A stretch of 64,000 nt of DNA from Phoronis australis (taxonomy: Eukaryota > Animalia > Phoronida), in NCBI GenBank assembly GCA_002633005.1, contig NMRA01000549.1:141062-205061 (forward strand), in the 5' to 3' direction. A program made the translations under genes and the position numbers. The notes beneath the pieces are model-generated. The model was not told the origin of the DNA. It ran no database searches and worked only from the letters and a program-made list of their open reading frames with translations. Positions within the stretch are counted from its first letter, which is position 1. Each line of letters opens with the position of its first letter. Positions 13,335 to 26,003 of this stretch are shown in pieces.

Positions 13335-16300
13335 TTAGAGCGAAATGCAGCCGGCTTTAAACAATAACAGAATCAGAATTGTAATGTTTTCCAAACATAG
13401 AAACTGCTTTATTTCGGAGTTAGGAGCAAGCAAAGATCACTTTGATGTATTTGTAAGTAGTCTAAATCAAACGTTATTATGGGAGAGCGGTTTTGTACCC
13501 GCTTTAAATGAAACAACATTGGTGTAGCCTTAGCCTGTCAGCATCCACATGTGCAGGTGTGCACTAGACAGGCCCAAATAAACACAATACGACATTTTAG
13601 GTGTGTGTCTGTTACATCGAACTTTTAATCGCTAAGCGCCCACGAAACACCTACCCGCCAGTAATACCATCGACGGCGGTGGGCACCCTATCAAAGGTTT
13701 GCCTCGTACAACACCTGGCAGAAAGCGCGCTTACAGCTGGACCCTAGGTAACAGCGTAACATCGTGCAAAAGGAACTTTTCTAGTAGCAACTATCTTCCG
13801 CTTTCAATTAGTTTCGTCACACCATTCATTGATCAGCCATGTAAAGTACACATGTGTAGCCAACTGAACGCTACATCTCAAACCATATCGATGAACGTTA
13901 ATTTGATATCCTTTTTCTAATTAGTTCTCACCTCTCGACACACCTGCGATATGAAACGGAACAAGATTCCACTCGTGCCAAACAATCACTAGTCCTCCTG
14001 CCTATGGACCGCAAAGCAGGCTGATAGCAAAATAAATGATGGCATGCACGCAGTTTACACACGCACTGTTTGGCTTCTGTTGCGTTGAGATTCGGAAACA
14101 AAATAAACTCAGTACACATCTTTCTGAAACAATTGCAAAATACAGGGAGAGTATAAAGCGCTGAAGGTTTAATTTGTGGTCTAACAGAAAGCACAGGGTG
14201 GTACAGATTTGTGTTTGGCTCATTGTCCCCCCGTAAACGCAACTATTCCAGACATATGTAATACACTTCGAAACCAAAAAATCGATGTTATAAATGTGGT
14301 ATTGTGAACATAACATAGCAGGAGCCCTTGAACAGCCTTCACGATAACATTAAAGGTTAAACGTGTACGAAATAATGTTCAGACGTCCTTTATATTACAA
14401 ACTCAGTCGTTTTTGTATGGGGACACAATTGATTTAGGCCTGGATAGGATACTTGTGAGGTCAATGACAAAAGCTGCAAAATTCACAACGTTTCGTGATT
14501 TTATCAGAAGTCCCAGAATCCCAATTCCCAGGTACCGGGTGTAGAATTAATTGAAACCGAGGCGCTGGCATGAGCTTTTTACTATGTAGAGGAAAATGGC
14601 CGAACGTGGCGACGGTGGAGGTAATCAAAGCCAACATAAAAATGTCAAGAAAGTTACTATTCTGAGTGTATGTGAGAGAACAGGCGAACAGTTGAAAAAC
14701 ATTTGACGAGTAACGGCTCTAGAATAAGGATAAATTTGGGAACAAAATAGAGCGCCGGCCTGTTGTGCGAGATGAATTGAACACTTACAGTTAGTAAGCC
14801 TCGGGTCTTGTTAGACGGCCAGGTGCGTTTTCATTCTTCTTTCTCCTTCCAGAAATAGCTCCAGGTTCATGGTTACTTTTGATTGATTTTAAGCGTAAAA
14901 CCTAGAATAACTTTCTAAAAACTTATAATATTTTCAGAGTTTGACTAATTAACCAATTGATTTCCTCACCGAGCCTGTATGTCAAAAAATCGAATGATCA
15001 CGACCAAGTGCAAATTCGCTTTCCCGGTAACGTGCTAATATACATGTAACTGGTAACCTTCCCAGGTTTTTGGGTGGCGGTGACTCTTACCAGAGTACTG
15101 TGGTTTGGGTACCATGCCTGAACTCTAAGATTACACACGGTGCGTAAAGGTTTTTATGCTGGAGCAGGTCCATGGCAACAGAAAAGGAAATTCAAGTAAA
15201 AGAATTCGAAATATTTCTGATGAAAAACTCCGAACAATTGTTGCAGTGTTGTCTGAGATAATATCTTTTCATATACGGTTGTACTGCTTCCGTGTAGTTG
15301 TTGGAACCGAGTTTGTCGAATGATGCGGTATATTTAGCCAAATATCTTGAAAACCATAGATTTTAACTCAGTAAAAGTATACAGTTTCAGGCTGAAAGTG
15401 GAAAGCCTGAAGAATTTCATGTTTGACTTTGTATCATTCAATCTGTCATTAATTGGGTCACGTGACCATTTTATTGAAATTCGGCAAAAGCGAAAAGTGC
15501 ACCCATGACAAAACAACGGTATCAATGACATGGTCAAATTATTTTTTAAAATTATGACTTAGTTTTCGTTTTACGCAGTCGTCGACTTTTGTTTTTCTCA
15601 TAAAAATCATAAACTTACGATAGTCCCTCATCCAAAAGTTGAATATTTTAAAAACAAATCCTGATAGGGTTCTGAAAAATAGTGCATAAAGCATGGTATC
15701 TGAAAAATCCATGTAAATTTGATCCCTCATTTACGAAGTTTGTCAACTGTGGACTTTTTAGGGTCTTACGTAACGTTATTTTTTACTTGGAAACTAATCA
15801 CACTCTTTGATCCAGATACGAACACTCCCAAAGTCAAGTGTCTTGCATTCTCTAACAATAATTGCGAATCATTTTTTCGGGTCTCCGAAAAAACTAGAAA
15901 CAATTGCCAATCAAATGCTAATGACTTGAATTTGAACTCTATTTTACACATGTGTATACTAGCGTTCATTCATGTTTTTCGATAACAGACTGTTTGTTAT
16001 CCAGGTTGCGGTGTTGAACAATTTTAAAACTAATGCGAAGAACAGGGAGACTTCCAGTGACTGAGTCAACACAGAAAAGACGAATGAATGAAGGCATACA
16101 AGAGTAATGACATCACAGGCGATGATGGAAGCGTGGAATACTCTGTGGTCATTATTGCCGGAGAATGGGGACGTGACTATGAAAACCAACAATAAAATAT
16201 TTCATATTGGATCGGTAAGGAAGTGTAGCAATAGCTGACTTTCGAAATAGCCGCGCCATATCGAAACTCTTTTACCCGCCAGGTGCCGATCAGGTCTTTG

Positions 16301-17242
16301 GTGCCACCAACAGATCCCATGTAATGTGGACGGGAGGTTGGAGGTTTCAACCTACTGGTACAAACAGCGTTTTAACACCTTTCCTGATATTATAATACCG
16401 GTAAATTTCCACTGCTGTTCGGTGGAATACTTTTAAGTCTCACAGAAAAAGGCAAACATTTTGAAATATCAATAAATGAACATGTCCCATATCTTTGTCA
16501 CTGTGAAGAAAGGAATTATCCCCAATAAAGCCAGTGACTGCGGCTGATAAAGCAGAAGCATCTCCATCTCAGCCGGTGTCAAAAGGCTAAAATATGTCAG
16601 TGAACTTAAACTAATCAAACAATGGGAGGCGCTGACAGTGGAATGTATTCCTTTGCTTTTAAGTTAATGAACCACCATGAAGTAATTGAATTTCTGTACA
16701 CTGAATCTCAGTGCGTCGGGATCAATCTGAAGTCACATTCATGCTATCATTTCTCTAGAGAGCGCCAATATGAAAAGTCCCCTTATGAAACATTGAGTTA
16801 TTCATATTTCTCAAAGAATCCGATCGATCGTCGAGGTTAACAACATTTCAGTTTCCGCTTCCTCTAGCTTGGCATTTCTGGGGTCCTCATCCATTCCCAT
16901 CCCAGAGCCCTTGTATATCATCCATTCCCACCCCAGGGCCAATTGCTCAACTATAACTTGTGCACCGTGATCGTTGTATGCATGCACAACATGCGATCAT
17001 CAGTGGAATGTACAATTATAAGTTCTTGGGAAAGTAGGACTTTTATCTCTTCACGAGTTAGATGTAAGACTCAACATACAGCAAGTTCGTAAAATTCTGG
17101 AAAATATAAGTTACGTAATTAAGAGTTATTAGCCTCAAGACCACCCATTTTAGTAAAGGTTAATTTTGTCAATCAAAAATACACGTGTCTGTTGAAAATC
17201 TCCAAAAATGTGTAAACTTTATCAACTCTTTCCTTTAGTGGG

Positions 17243-17303
17243 ATGCCGACGGAGGGCGGGTGTCGACAAGGGGCGGGTGCCGATGGATGCGAGGTGCCGA
17301 CTG
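17243..17303 (+). repeat. Short GC-rich tandem repeat (~17 bp x4)
   Basis: The core ggtgccga / ggtgtcga is repeated four times. Confidence 0.55.
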
Positions 17304-19289
17304 TTGGTGGCAGTATTCGAGGAATTTAGATTTTTTGCTGGTTGCAAGGGGCCTACAGCTGTATTAAGTTCCCAAAATGCAAAACTGTCATTGTGCTCAA
17401 GCGCTTGGTTGATTAGCTTCGCTGGTCAATAGAAGTTAATCATTCACTCATGCGATATCATGATGGCATCTTGCTGAGAGGGTTTCGTTTTGAACAGCAC
17501 ATTGAAACTCCTTTAACCCCTTTAATTCAAACTGTGAAAATAAGACAACTGAATGAACTAGACCAATCGGCATGTCTCGCTGAGCATATTCCACTGTTTG
17601 CGAGTAAACTATGACGTGAGCTAAGTTTCACTTGAGGCAGACAGCTGAGCTCGTTCCTCTCCCTCTGCGCGACCCTTAGCATGATTTTAAAGGGGTGCGC
17701 ATTAGCTGGTCACCTTCTTGGTCGACAAAGTTAAACGCTCAGCCAGGTGAATGAGCTGATATGACTGAAGTACAAGCGAGTTTGATGACGTTGGCGCTAA
17801 TTGATGACGCTGACACCGACACTCTTTGCTTAGACATCATTTATTTTCATCGAAGATACGCAATTAAATTTAATAGATCGCCGTCCATTGATCAACATCA
17901 GCCATTTTATCTGACCAGTATGATCGCGTTGACGATGAATAATGGCGAGATGATTGCGATAATGACACTTACAAAAAGTTGGTGGTAATACCGGATACAT
18001 GGTTCGTTATCTGGCTTCTGTTGTGGTGCGTATAACTTACAACGAGACACGTGACCGGGTTAACACTGCAACGAGTCAGTCCACTATTTGACCTTATGTT
18101 TTGTTTACAGTTTGATCGAATAGTTTTTAATTAACACCGACGAAAGTAAAGCTTCTGTTGTCGGTAAGAAATGTTGTCATGGCATCCCTGCAGCTAAGTC
18201 TGCAATTTTACGTGGAAATTTTCTGATCCATTCTGTCACGTACAACGTGTTGTACTCCAGCACGGGATCTGATCCCAACCAAAAAAAAACATTGCAACGA
18301 GCAAATCTCTACTTGGATCCACCCACAGCGTCAGGTCGACAATGGCCTGTCCGCTGACATTCGATGGCTGACGAGTGGGAAAATTGACGACATTAGCGCA
18401 TGCGACTCACCACCGAGATCAAAAATACCTTATACATAACTCCATTGAAGTTACAAATATCGGTGCTTCACCCGAATACAGCCCTCAGCCAACAGCGTTC
18501 TCAAACGCAACTATCAGCAAAGATTTGACTTACCCTGATCCTTCGCTTGCCAGCACCAATTTTATCATCAACTAAAACACTTGAAAATTGCACTGACAGT
18601 AATTACATTGTCAGTCACCATTTCTAAAACCTCTGATGAATACTTTACATGTTTCTTATAAATCTCTTCCGTTTGACGACACGTTAAGACATGAGAACGG
18701 TAATAATCTCAGCATAAGTACCCAAGTTCAGTGGGAATGTTTTGAAATTAGCAATAACCAAACGTATGCGGACGGAATGTAACTTTTGTTCGTAGCAATT
18801 TTAATTGGATTAAAACACAGACGCTTAATAATTAACAATTCTCAGCTAATTATCCGCGTTCTTGATCCATACACGTATTCATAATTGTTGTTCTTGACTT
18901 GTGAATTGTTAAAAATCTCACACGATACGTCATCTTTGTATTCATTAGAGGAGGACATTTGTCTTTAGGGTCCGTTTAAATAGTCATTAACTCCGTGCAT
19001 CACTATCAATTCCAGCGAGTGAGCAATCTGACGTTATCACGGCTTACAGCTGGCCATCACGTGGTCGTACAGAAAAGAGCCCTTAGATGTGGCGATGCAG
19101 TAACTCGTAAACAAGACATCGAAATGATTGTCACGAAACTGACTTGATTGTTTATCTAGCGAGAATTCGTTTGTTCCACCAAAGTTCAAAGTAAGAGGCG
19201 ATGTCATATTCTTTCAACTGATAATAGAATGTCAAAGACACGACAATTAAAGTGACTGTAAACCGTTGCATTTCCGTACAGGAAGTGAA

Positions 19290-19797
19290 CTTTTGGATTA
19301 GACCATTACCGCCATATTAGTCTCGGATCGAGTCCTTACTCGGATGACAAGTGATTTCTGGGTTTGCGAAGAACTGACAGTTCGTTGTCGTTCCTTGAGA
19401 CCATGCATAATATGACACGCAATGACGTCATGCCAACTTGTAAAACATGGTCTCAAGCAACAACGGAATGCTTGAGACCAGCAAGGTGTTCAGTAACGCT
19501 GGGACCTCGCTAAGAAAAGCAAGAATTCGCGAGATTACGTGAGATATTGTCGTGTTTTTCTTTAAATGAGATCACGTGACTTTGACTACATTTTAGCTAG
19601 GTCCAAGAGTAGGTCGTAGGGTTACTGAACGCACGCCAGGTTCTACAATTAAGCTGGCTTGTCACGGCGTGTCATTTTATTCATGGTCTTAAAGGAAAAT
19701 AAGCTGACAGTTCTGTCGAAGTCCTCAAATCAATTTCAAATTGACTAAAGAACAATTTGAGATCAACTTCATAATTATAGGTGGTCTAAACCAAAAG
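19290..19797. mobile_element. Fold-back MITE of the 768-1048 family, containing a nested MITE
   Basis: TIRs ttttggattagacca / tggtctaaaccaaaa. Internal gaactgacagttcgtt..gagaccatg motifs. Confidence 0.55.
19485..19639. mobile_element. ~155-bp MITE (GGCGTGCGTTCAGTA-type TIR), uninterrupted copy
   Basis: Reads gttcagtaacgct...gggttactgaacgcacgcc. Homologous to 56801-56828 plus 58998-59122. Confidence 0.75.
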
Positions 19798-19851
19798 GCG
19801 GTTTTGTGGTGGAAGGCGGTTGTACAAACACTTTAAAAAGACCCGGACAAG

Positions 19852-20006
19852 CAGTGCTGTAGTGGTAAAATTAGAGGTACGTAGGCGTCCAAAGCCCATC
19901 GTATCACCTTGAGCACTGAACGTAACTTATGGTGCGTAGGCGCTACGTTCAAATGCCAAAAGGTGGTTGTCTGCGCCTACGTGCGCCTACGCCCCCTACA
20001 GCACTG
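19852..20006. mobile_element. hAT-like MITE
   Basis: TIRs cagtgctgtag / ctacagcactg. Subterminal gtaggcg repeats. Flanks cggacaag/tgtacaag form a degenerate 8-bp TSD. Confidence 0.7.
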
Positions 20007-23000
20007 TGTACAAGATGAAACAAGATGGGAGCGGAGTTGAGAGTATCGAAGCTATGCTTTCTTATGATATTGCAGCAGAGAATAAACCCAGTAATTTCGC
20101 TACTGGTGATTCCTTTAGGAATATGCTAATTATCTTAATGACAACACTGTCTAACGACTTTAACTTGATGACTTAACAAACCTGTGTGCATACGAACTTG
20201 GTCATTTTTCCGAAACACAGCTGAGAGAGTCTGTGGGCAAAATGCGAAGTTTAACCGATACCCGCATCCAGCCATCAACCCAGTCGCAATCCGTTCAGCT
20301 CGACACAGTTGGCACAACCTGATACCAAACAAACTCGGCTTCACACTGAGTGATTTCACGGTTCACGTGCATGAAGACGAATGCCTTCTAAATCTATATC
20401 TGACTTTGCAACTAGGTTTCTAAAACGGTCAGTGCACTCCGGCCTACCAAAATCCGTCAATGTCTGACACACGAGTTTGCGGGTTTTATGAATTGATGGA
20501 AATCGAAAGTTGCTGGCCAAACCATAGGTCTTACTTGGTGTGGTGGTCAACGTGTTGCTATTTCAAGTCATGAGCAATTACGTTGCAATGCAGTTGCCTA
20601 TATCATTTACTACAATTACTTCGACCAGTTATCGAATTAAAGCAACCTCTGTTGCTCAGAACCACGATCCATCATTTAATGAAATTCACAACTGAAACAC
20701 TCTCCGACGGAAAGACAAGGTCTGTTTGAAGTTCAAATCAGCCGAGCAATGACAGGGATATACCCAGATTCCAAAACCTTGCTCGCCAGCAGGGTGAGTG
20801 AGCCAGAAAATCTACTCGGCCAACCCGAAATTCAGTCGCCCGGCCGTTTCCGTCTGTCACCACAAACTTGCTGCCAGGGTCAATAAAAATCATCGTTTCG
20901 TGCGTTGATGTCACCATCTATTAGGGCTACCGTATTCGCCCAGGGTGATTAGAAAAATTCGTTTCAGAAGGGGGCCGCTTGTTATAGCCTAAGGCGGTTG
21001 AAACCCGGTCCCCGACCGTCGGGTGAAATCAAATTTACGAGCTGTGACATATCTGTAACCAGTATGACAGACTTTCTACAAAACTGTGGTGCATAATTGA
21101 TATCAAACTTTGTTGTTAAATTACGGTCTTTTTTAAATGTGCTGAAATCCCATGGCGAAAACTTGCCGGCTGATGTGTCGCTGCCTCGCGATCGTCGATA
21201 GCGCAACTTGAATTCTTGAGTAAAAATACAGTTTCGACTCAACAAATTACCTGAAATCCTCCTTAAAGGAGAATGCCACCCAAAAAACAACCTATTTTGT
21301 ATCAATTTAGACCGAGTACTTCCACTCGATAACAGCAAGTACGGTTCTTTTACCTGACACAAGATGGCAGACGCAGGTGTTGAAATTAACCAATGACGTC
21401 AGAGGTTCGAACGCAGTCTGTTCAGCAGTTCGTAACACGCTTACTGGTGCCAGCTTATCGGTTGAATTCATCGTTTTACACCAAAAATTCAACAAACTTC
21501 GATGTTAAACCCTTACAAATACATCGAGTTATTGAACAATTGTGTTGTTTTATTTCGCTGTTACGGATTTATGTGTATTGAAACGTACCGTAGCCTACAA
21601 AGTTCGGTAGGCCAATTTACCAAGGTCGGTCGGGGTAGTTTTGGGCCCTGTTCGGTGATAAAATCGAATAATTCGTCCGTGAAATACAAACAGGGGAACA
21701 TAGCTGTGTTTTGTAATTTTAGCCTTGTTATTCCGGCCAGTGGCTCGGAAACGGATCAGGCCCGTCACGGCCGACCTGAAGACATCACGAACATAAACCA
21801 GTCAAAGCTAGAAACTAAACTTGCAGTCACGAAAAGACTATACTAGTGAGCCAAAGAAATAATGTGCACGTGATTATTTTGGTGAATTAGACGCAAAACT
21901 GCAAATCTACTTACTAGCTCGTCGGGGGCCGCGAACTCAGGTTACCCTTCCACTGCAAAACCGTCAGGGCAAAAGTTGCACAGTAACAATGATTCGAATA
22001 ATGTATATGAATATCTAAATAGGACCATAGGATGTACAATCGAGATATTGTTTCACAACAGCTTTCTGTCAGCAAACACTGAATTAGCTTTTTCTCACAC
22101 GGCCAACATGTGGAGAATTTCTATCTTACACTGGTAACCGCTCTGATTCCCTAAGCTCCATACAACTTTTGCGATGCCTATTCAGCACGCCCTTTGTATT
22201 GATGTAGATCTGAGCTAATGAAGCGGAAAGGTAATTGCTAGCATTACTGTCTCGACAATGGTTGTTCTTAGTACCCCCAATTTGGTTTTCTCTGACATTT
22301 GCAGAGTTATAGCCTGCAACTCTGCAGAGTAGTTTTAACTTGGTACATTATAAATATTACAAACTGACTAAAAAGGTTAACTTATGTTTATCTTCACAAA
22401 GGGCCACTTCTCAAAAGAACGATAAGTTTCGTATTGGTTTTATTTATTTAATTTTTAAGGCTTCTGCCCTCTTACCGGGAACGGGTTAATAACTTTTTAT
22501 CTAAGTTTTAAACTTGAAGTACCAAAACTGGTAGATTTTGATCGCCAGCTAAACTTAATTAGTTAAGTTCATTGTCAGCCCATCCCTAAACTTACCACAC
22601 TACAGGTACACTAAACATTTCAAGTGTCATTAAAGTTTTATCTTTATTAGAAATCAAATCATAAATTATATACAAAAGTGCAAATATGGTGATAACCAAA
22701 CTGAAGATTTGGAATCTCTAGACAATTTCGGTAGCACTGACTATATAACTATTATAGCTCTTTGTCAGTAATAAAATATGAAAAGTGGGCACAACAACTG
22801 TCTCCTGGTCAAAAATCTGGTTAAGAGAGATTGAAAGAATATTAAAAAATGAATCCATGTGATATTGTTAACTCTGATCAGCGTTTGTATATCCACCGAG
22901 TATATCAATACGCGCGGTAGTTTATCTTCAATCATACCAAATCGTTGTAGCTTTTAGATTATTAGTTCATCGATTTTTAAAAATCGAAAACCATAGTTGG

Positions 23001-23427
23001 TTGTTTTTTTTTCAGCTGAATACCGCCGTGATGTTCGTTTATAACGAAAATTAGTGCTGAATGCATTTTGAAAATTCGCCATTATGAACAGTCAGAGATG
23101 TTTAATACAGTTTATGGTCGGATAATTACATTTAAATGGGTCTTGCTCGCATCGGGCAATGCGGTCATCACAGTTGTACCTGATTCCGGCGCCGCGCTCT
23201 CTTAGATCCTGGTACACATCGCTCAGAAGGACGAGCGGTGAAATTTCCCTCACATCTTTAGAAATGCGTGACTTAATTCCATATATGCGTATTATTCACG
23301 GTATGAAGGTGCCCGCTAATTAGTTTATTGCTTTTTTGTTTCAGTTTTATATAAGCATTGCTTAGGGTGAGAATAATTCATTTTGAAACAGCGCACAATA
23401 ACAAAACGTCAACCGTTGCAACTCACA

Positions 23428-23835
23428 ATCGCGACTTAGACGAGTGCTCATCCGACGAAGACTTCACAGGTCGATCGTTAGGTTTCACAAGCTATCAGTT
23501 CGAACCGGAATTCACTGATCAAGAAATACAAGAGAGGCGCCGTGAACGTGCACAGACAACGGAACATATGGATAGTTCCGAAAACCGTTTAAATGATTTG
23601 TCATGTTGTCAGTGTGCTAACTGCACGATAATGGAAACAACTGACGCTTGCGTTTGCTGCCACGAAATTCCGCAAGTGAAACGCCTTCTTGGAGAAGCGT
23701 TGATGTGTCTCACGGACCATCCTGATTTTGCACCGCATCTAAACACAAGTCTGCTTACGACATTTTTGGGACTGGGAAAAGGAACTGGCGAAAATATCCT
23801 ACACCCAGAGGTCCAAACAGAAGCCTGGCGACCGA
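23428..23835 (+). pseudogene. KolX / P2X7 cytoplasmic ballast (nanor-like) Cys-rich domain, first exon, frameshifted
   Basis: YQFEPEFT..RLNDLSCCQCANCTIM..ACVCCHE..CLTDHPDF is the signature of the P2X7-ballast/KolX family. After a frameshift near 23765 it reads RNWRKYPTPRGPNRSLA. A GTAAGT donor lies at 23836. Confidence 0.8.
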
Positions 23836-23899
23836 GTAAGTCATCAAACAGGTTATATAAAACGTTATGTTCTCATGCCTTGGATCAGTTTCCATGGCC

Positions 23900-24270
23900 A
23901 GCTACAATTCTCCATAATCAAAAACTGAGCAACAACCGAAACGCGTTGTTTTGTCTCCTGCCTACCGAACCCAAACACACTAGGCACAACATCTGACTTC
24001 ATACTCAGTCTCTTTTTCTGCCCTGGCATGAGGTGCTTGGTAAGCCGGCATTCGATCGTCAGTGAAGCCACTGTAGACGAAATGCCGGCCCCAGACACGG
24101 AGAAGTTCTACGGCATCATACTCAATTGGTATTACGGCGTAATTTTCATTCTTCAATACCGCGAACCATTTCCGAAGCATTGTGTGCTCTCGAGGAAATC
24201 GAAAAAACGATATACCTGCTTTCCTCGTAGCTTCATAGTTCGCACAAGCGGGAACGATACACCACTCCAT
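23900..24270 (-). pseudogene. THAP zinc-finger N-terminus of the Kolobok transposase gene (DDE domain deleted)
   Basis: MEWCIVPACAN..ISFFRFP..RKW..RVWGRHF matches the C2CH pattern with the third Cys changed to Trp. After a frameshift it reads LSMKSDVVPSVF (AVP box). Confidence 0.85.
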
Positions 24271-25793
24271 AGCGGCACTCACTCTGCAGAAGAACCACTG
24301 ACGTCGCTGAGTCGTTTCTCACCTTCCTCACAGGTTAATGCGACACCTCTCGGCGAGGTGAAATCGACCGTATACGAGGTGATGTGGATATAGACCGATT
24401 AAGACGGTAAGAAAGACTAATTAAATCGGGTGGCATTCTCCTTTAAGTTTTCCAAATAGCGTACTTAAGATTTTTAAGTTCCTGTGGAGTCGGTATTAAC
24501 CGCAGTCCAAATATGGGCTAGATCGCACAACGTAACAAGCGAAAAATCTGGACGAATACAGATGTTGTTGTCACGTGACGTTTGTTTTGAGTTAGTCCGC
24601 AGGTGTGCGCCGAGTGGGCCCTAGCGCGCGCTTCTTGGCCACGTGCTCATTAACACTGGTCAAGTTTCGTTTCGCAGTTTTTACGGGTACAAAAGTAATC
24701 TGCATTCCCGTTGACGGAGAAGAGCTGTACGGGAAACATACAATACAATCCCTGCGTCTGTTCTGAAAGATCTGGCCATAGTGGGATACGTTCCTCGCTA
24801 GATCAGCAGAACTTTTGCGTTCTTTTTGAAGTGTACAGCCACGGCTAAATACCGACATAGCGTCGAGGCTCGTGGGCTAGAAATTCCGCGCACAATGATA
24901 TTTCAGTATTGTCGGATATTATTGATAAATTGAAGAGATTACTGTAGAATTTTAGAACTGTAGGTAAGGCATTTTTCGCATATGTACACGTTCATGGACT
25001 GGACTCTTATTTTGGCGAAGTCTAAAAAAGAGTGTGAGGGGGTCGCTTATGGGCATTTATTAGGACGAATGTTATTATTTATAAAATAATTTTGGTTAAA
25101 ATGACTTTGCATTGTACATTACAATAAGAAATCAGTTCCAAGAATAACGGTATTTCACTTGCTGCGAGCACATGGACCGGTCTTCCGCCTTTCCCCCCTT
25201 TTCTTCGTTTCGGACTAGTCCACAAATTCCTTTGTGCACGACCAGACACTGTGCTCTTTTGTCTAGACGAATTGCGTAACGGTTGACATCTATTGAGTCG
25301 GTAGGATCGCACTGCGCCGATGTTTTTTACTGCCGGAGCATCGACACGCTGACTAAACTGAACCTTAAACTCGTAATAAAAACAGCACAAGGAGGAGAAA
25401 ATTAATTTCATGTTCATCTCGAAAACGATATAGTGTTTTTGCGCTCTGAAAATTTGCTCGCCACCTTGGCGACCGGCAAGTCAACTTCTACTCGCCCAGC
25501 ACCATATTTACTCGCATTGGCGACTGAGCGAGTGGCTAAGTTTATCCCTGCAATGTTATGAGATCAAAAAATAGTTGCCAAGGGTCCCCGTAGGACGCCA
25601 AGTGACTTCAACCTCTTAAAGATAACTAGGCCTAACTATAAAACTATCAAAAAATAATTTTTCTATCATAACTGTTAATCAGCATGAATGTTTTTCATAA
25701 TTATGACCCCATTATTACAACTATCATTATAACATTAGCAATAGTATAATGGCATTCAAAAAATAATTACCATATCAGTTACTGCCACAGTCA

Positions 25794-25863
25794 TAGCAGT
25801 AGCAGCACTACTAGCAGTAGCAGGAGCAGCAGCAGCAGTAACAGCAGCAGCAACAGCAGTAGC

Positions 25864-25928
<65 letters not shown>

Positions 25929-26003
25929 TAGCAGTAGGCCTAGAACTAGCAGTAGTACTAGCATTTGCAGGAGCAGTAACAGTAGCAGTAGCAATAGTAA
26001 TAG
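25794..26003 (+). repeat. (AGC/AGT)n trinucleotide microsatellite
   Basis: About 200 bp of agc/agt triplets. Confidence 0.95.

Larger units (their letters stand above)
21267..24442. mobile_element. Kolobok-superfamily DNA transposon, internal deletion derivative (3176 bp)
   Basis: Perfect 15-bp TIRs AGGAGAATGCCACCC (21267-21281) / GGGTGGCATTCTCCT (24428-24442). TTAA on both sides (21263-66, 24443-46). Convergent KolX-like and THAP relic ORFs inside. Confidence 0.9.
20753..25550. mobile_element. hAT-like non-autonomous element (~1.6 kb of its own sequence) hosting the Kolobok insertion
   Basis: Ends cagggatatac / gtttatccctg. Clusters of ctcgcc/gcgag subterminal motifs at both ends. Flanks caatga/caatgt are a possible 6-bp TSD. 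Confidence 0.6.

Noticed and set aside
21400-21420. B-box-like ggttcgaa suggesting a tRNA or SINE
   Set aside because: There is no A-box or cloverleaf, and it is part of the Kolobok left arm (repeated at ~54424).
23358-23996. Intact 212-aa P2X7 receptor-like host gene
   Set aside because: There is no P2X channel domain and no ATG at the annotated start. It has a frameshift near 23765, reads through an intron into antisense THAP sequence, and lies inside TIRs.
25791-25994. Poly-Leu ORF (or poly-Gln/Ser/Ala on the other strand)
   Set aside because: It is a translation of a trinucleotide microsatellite with no exon context.
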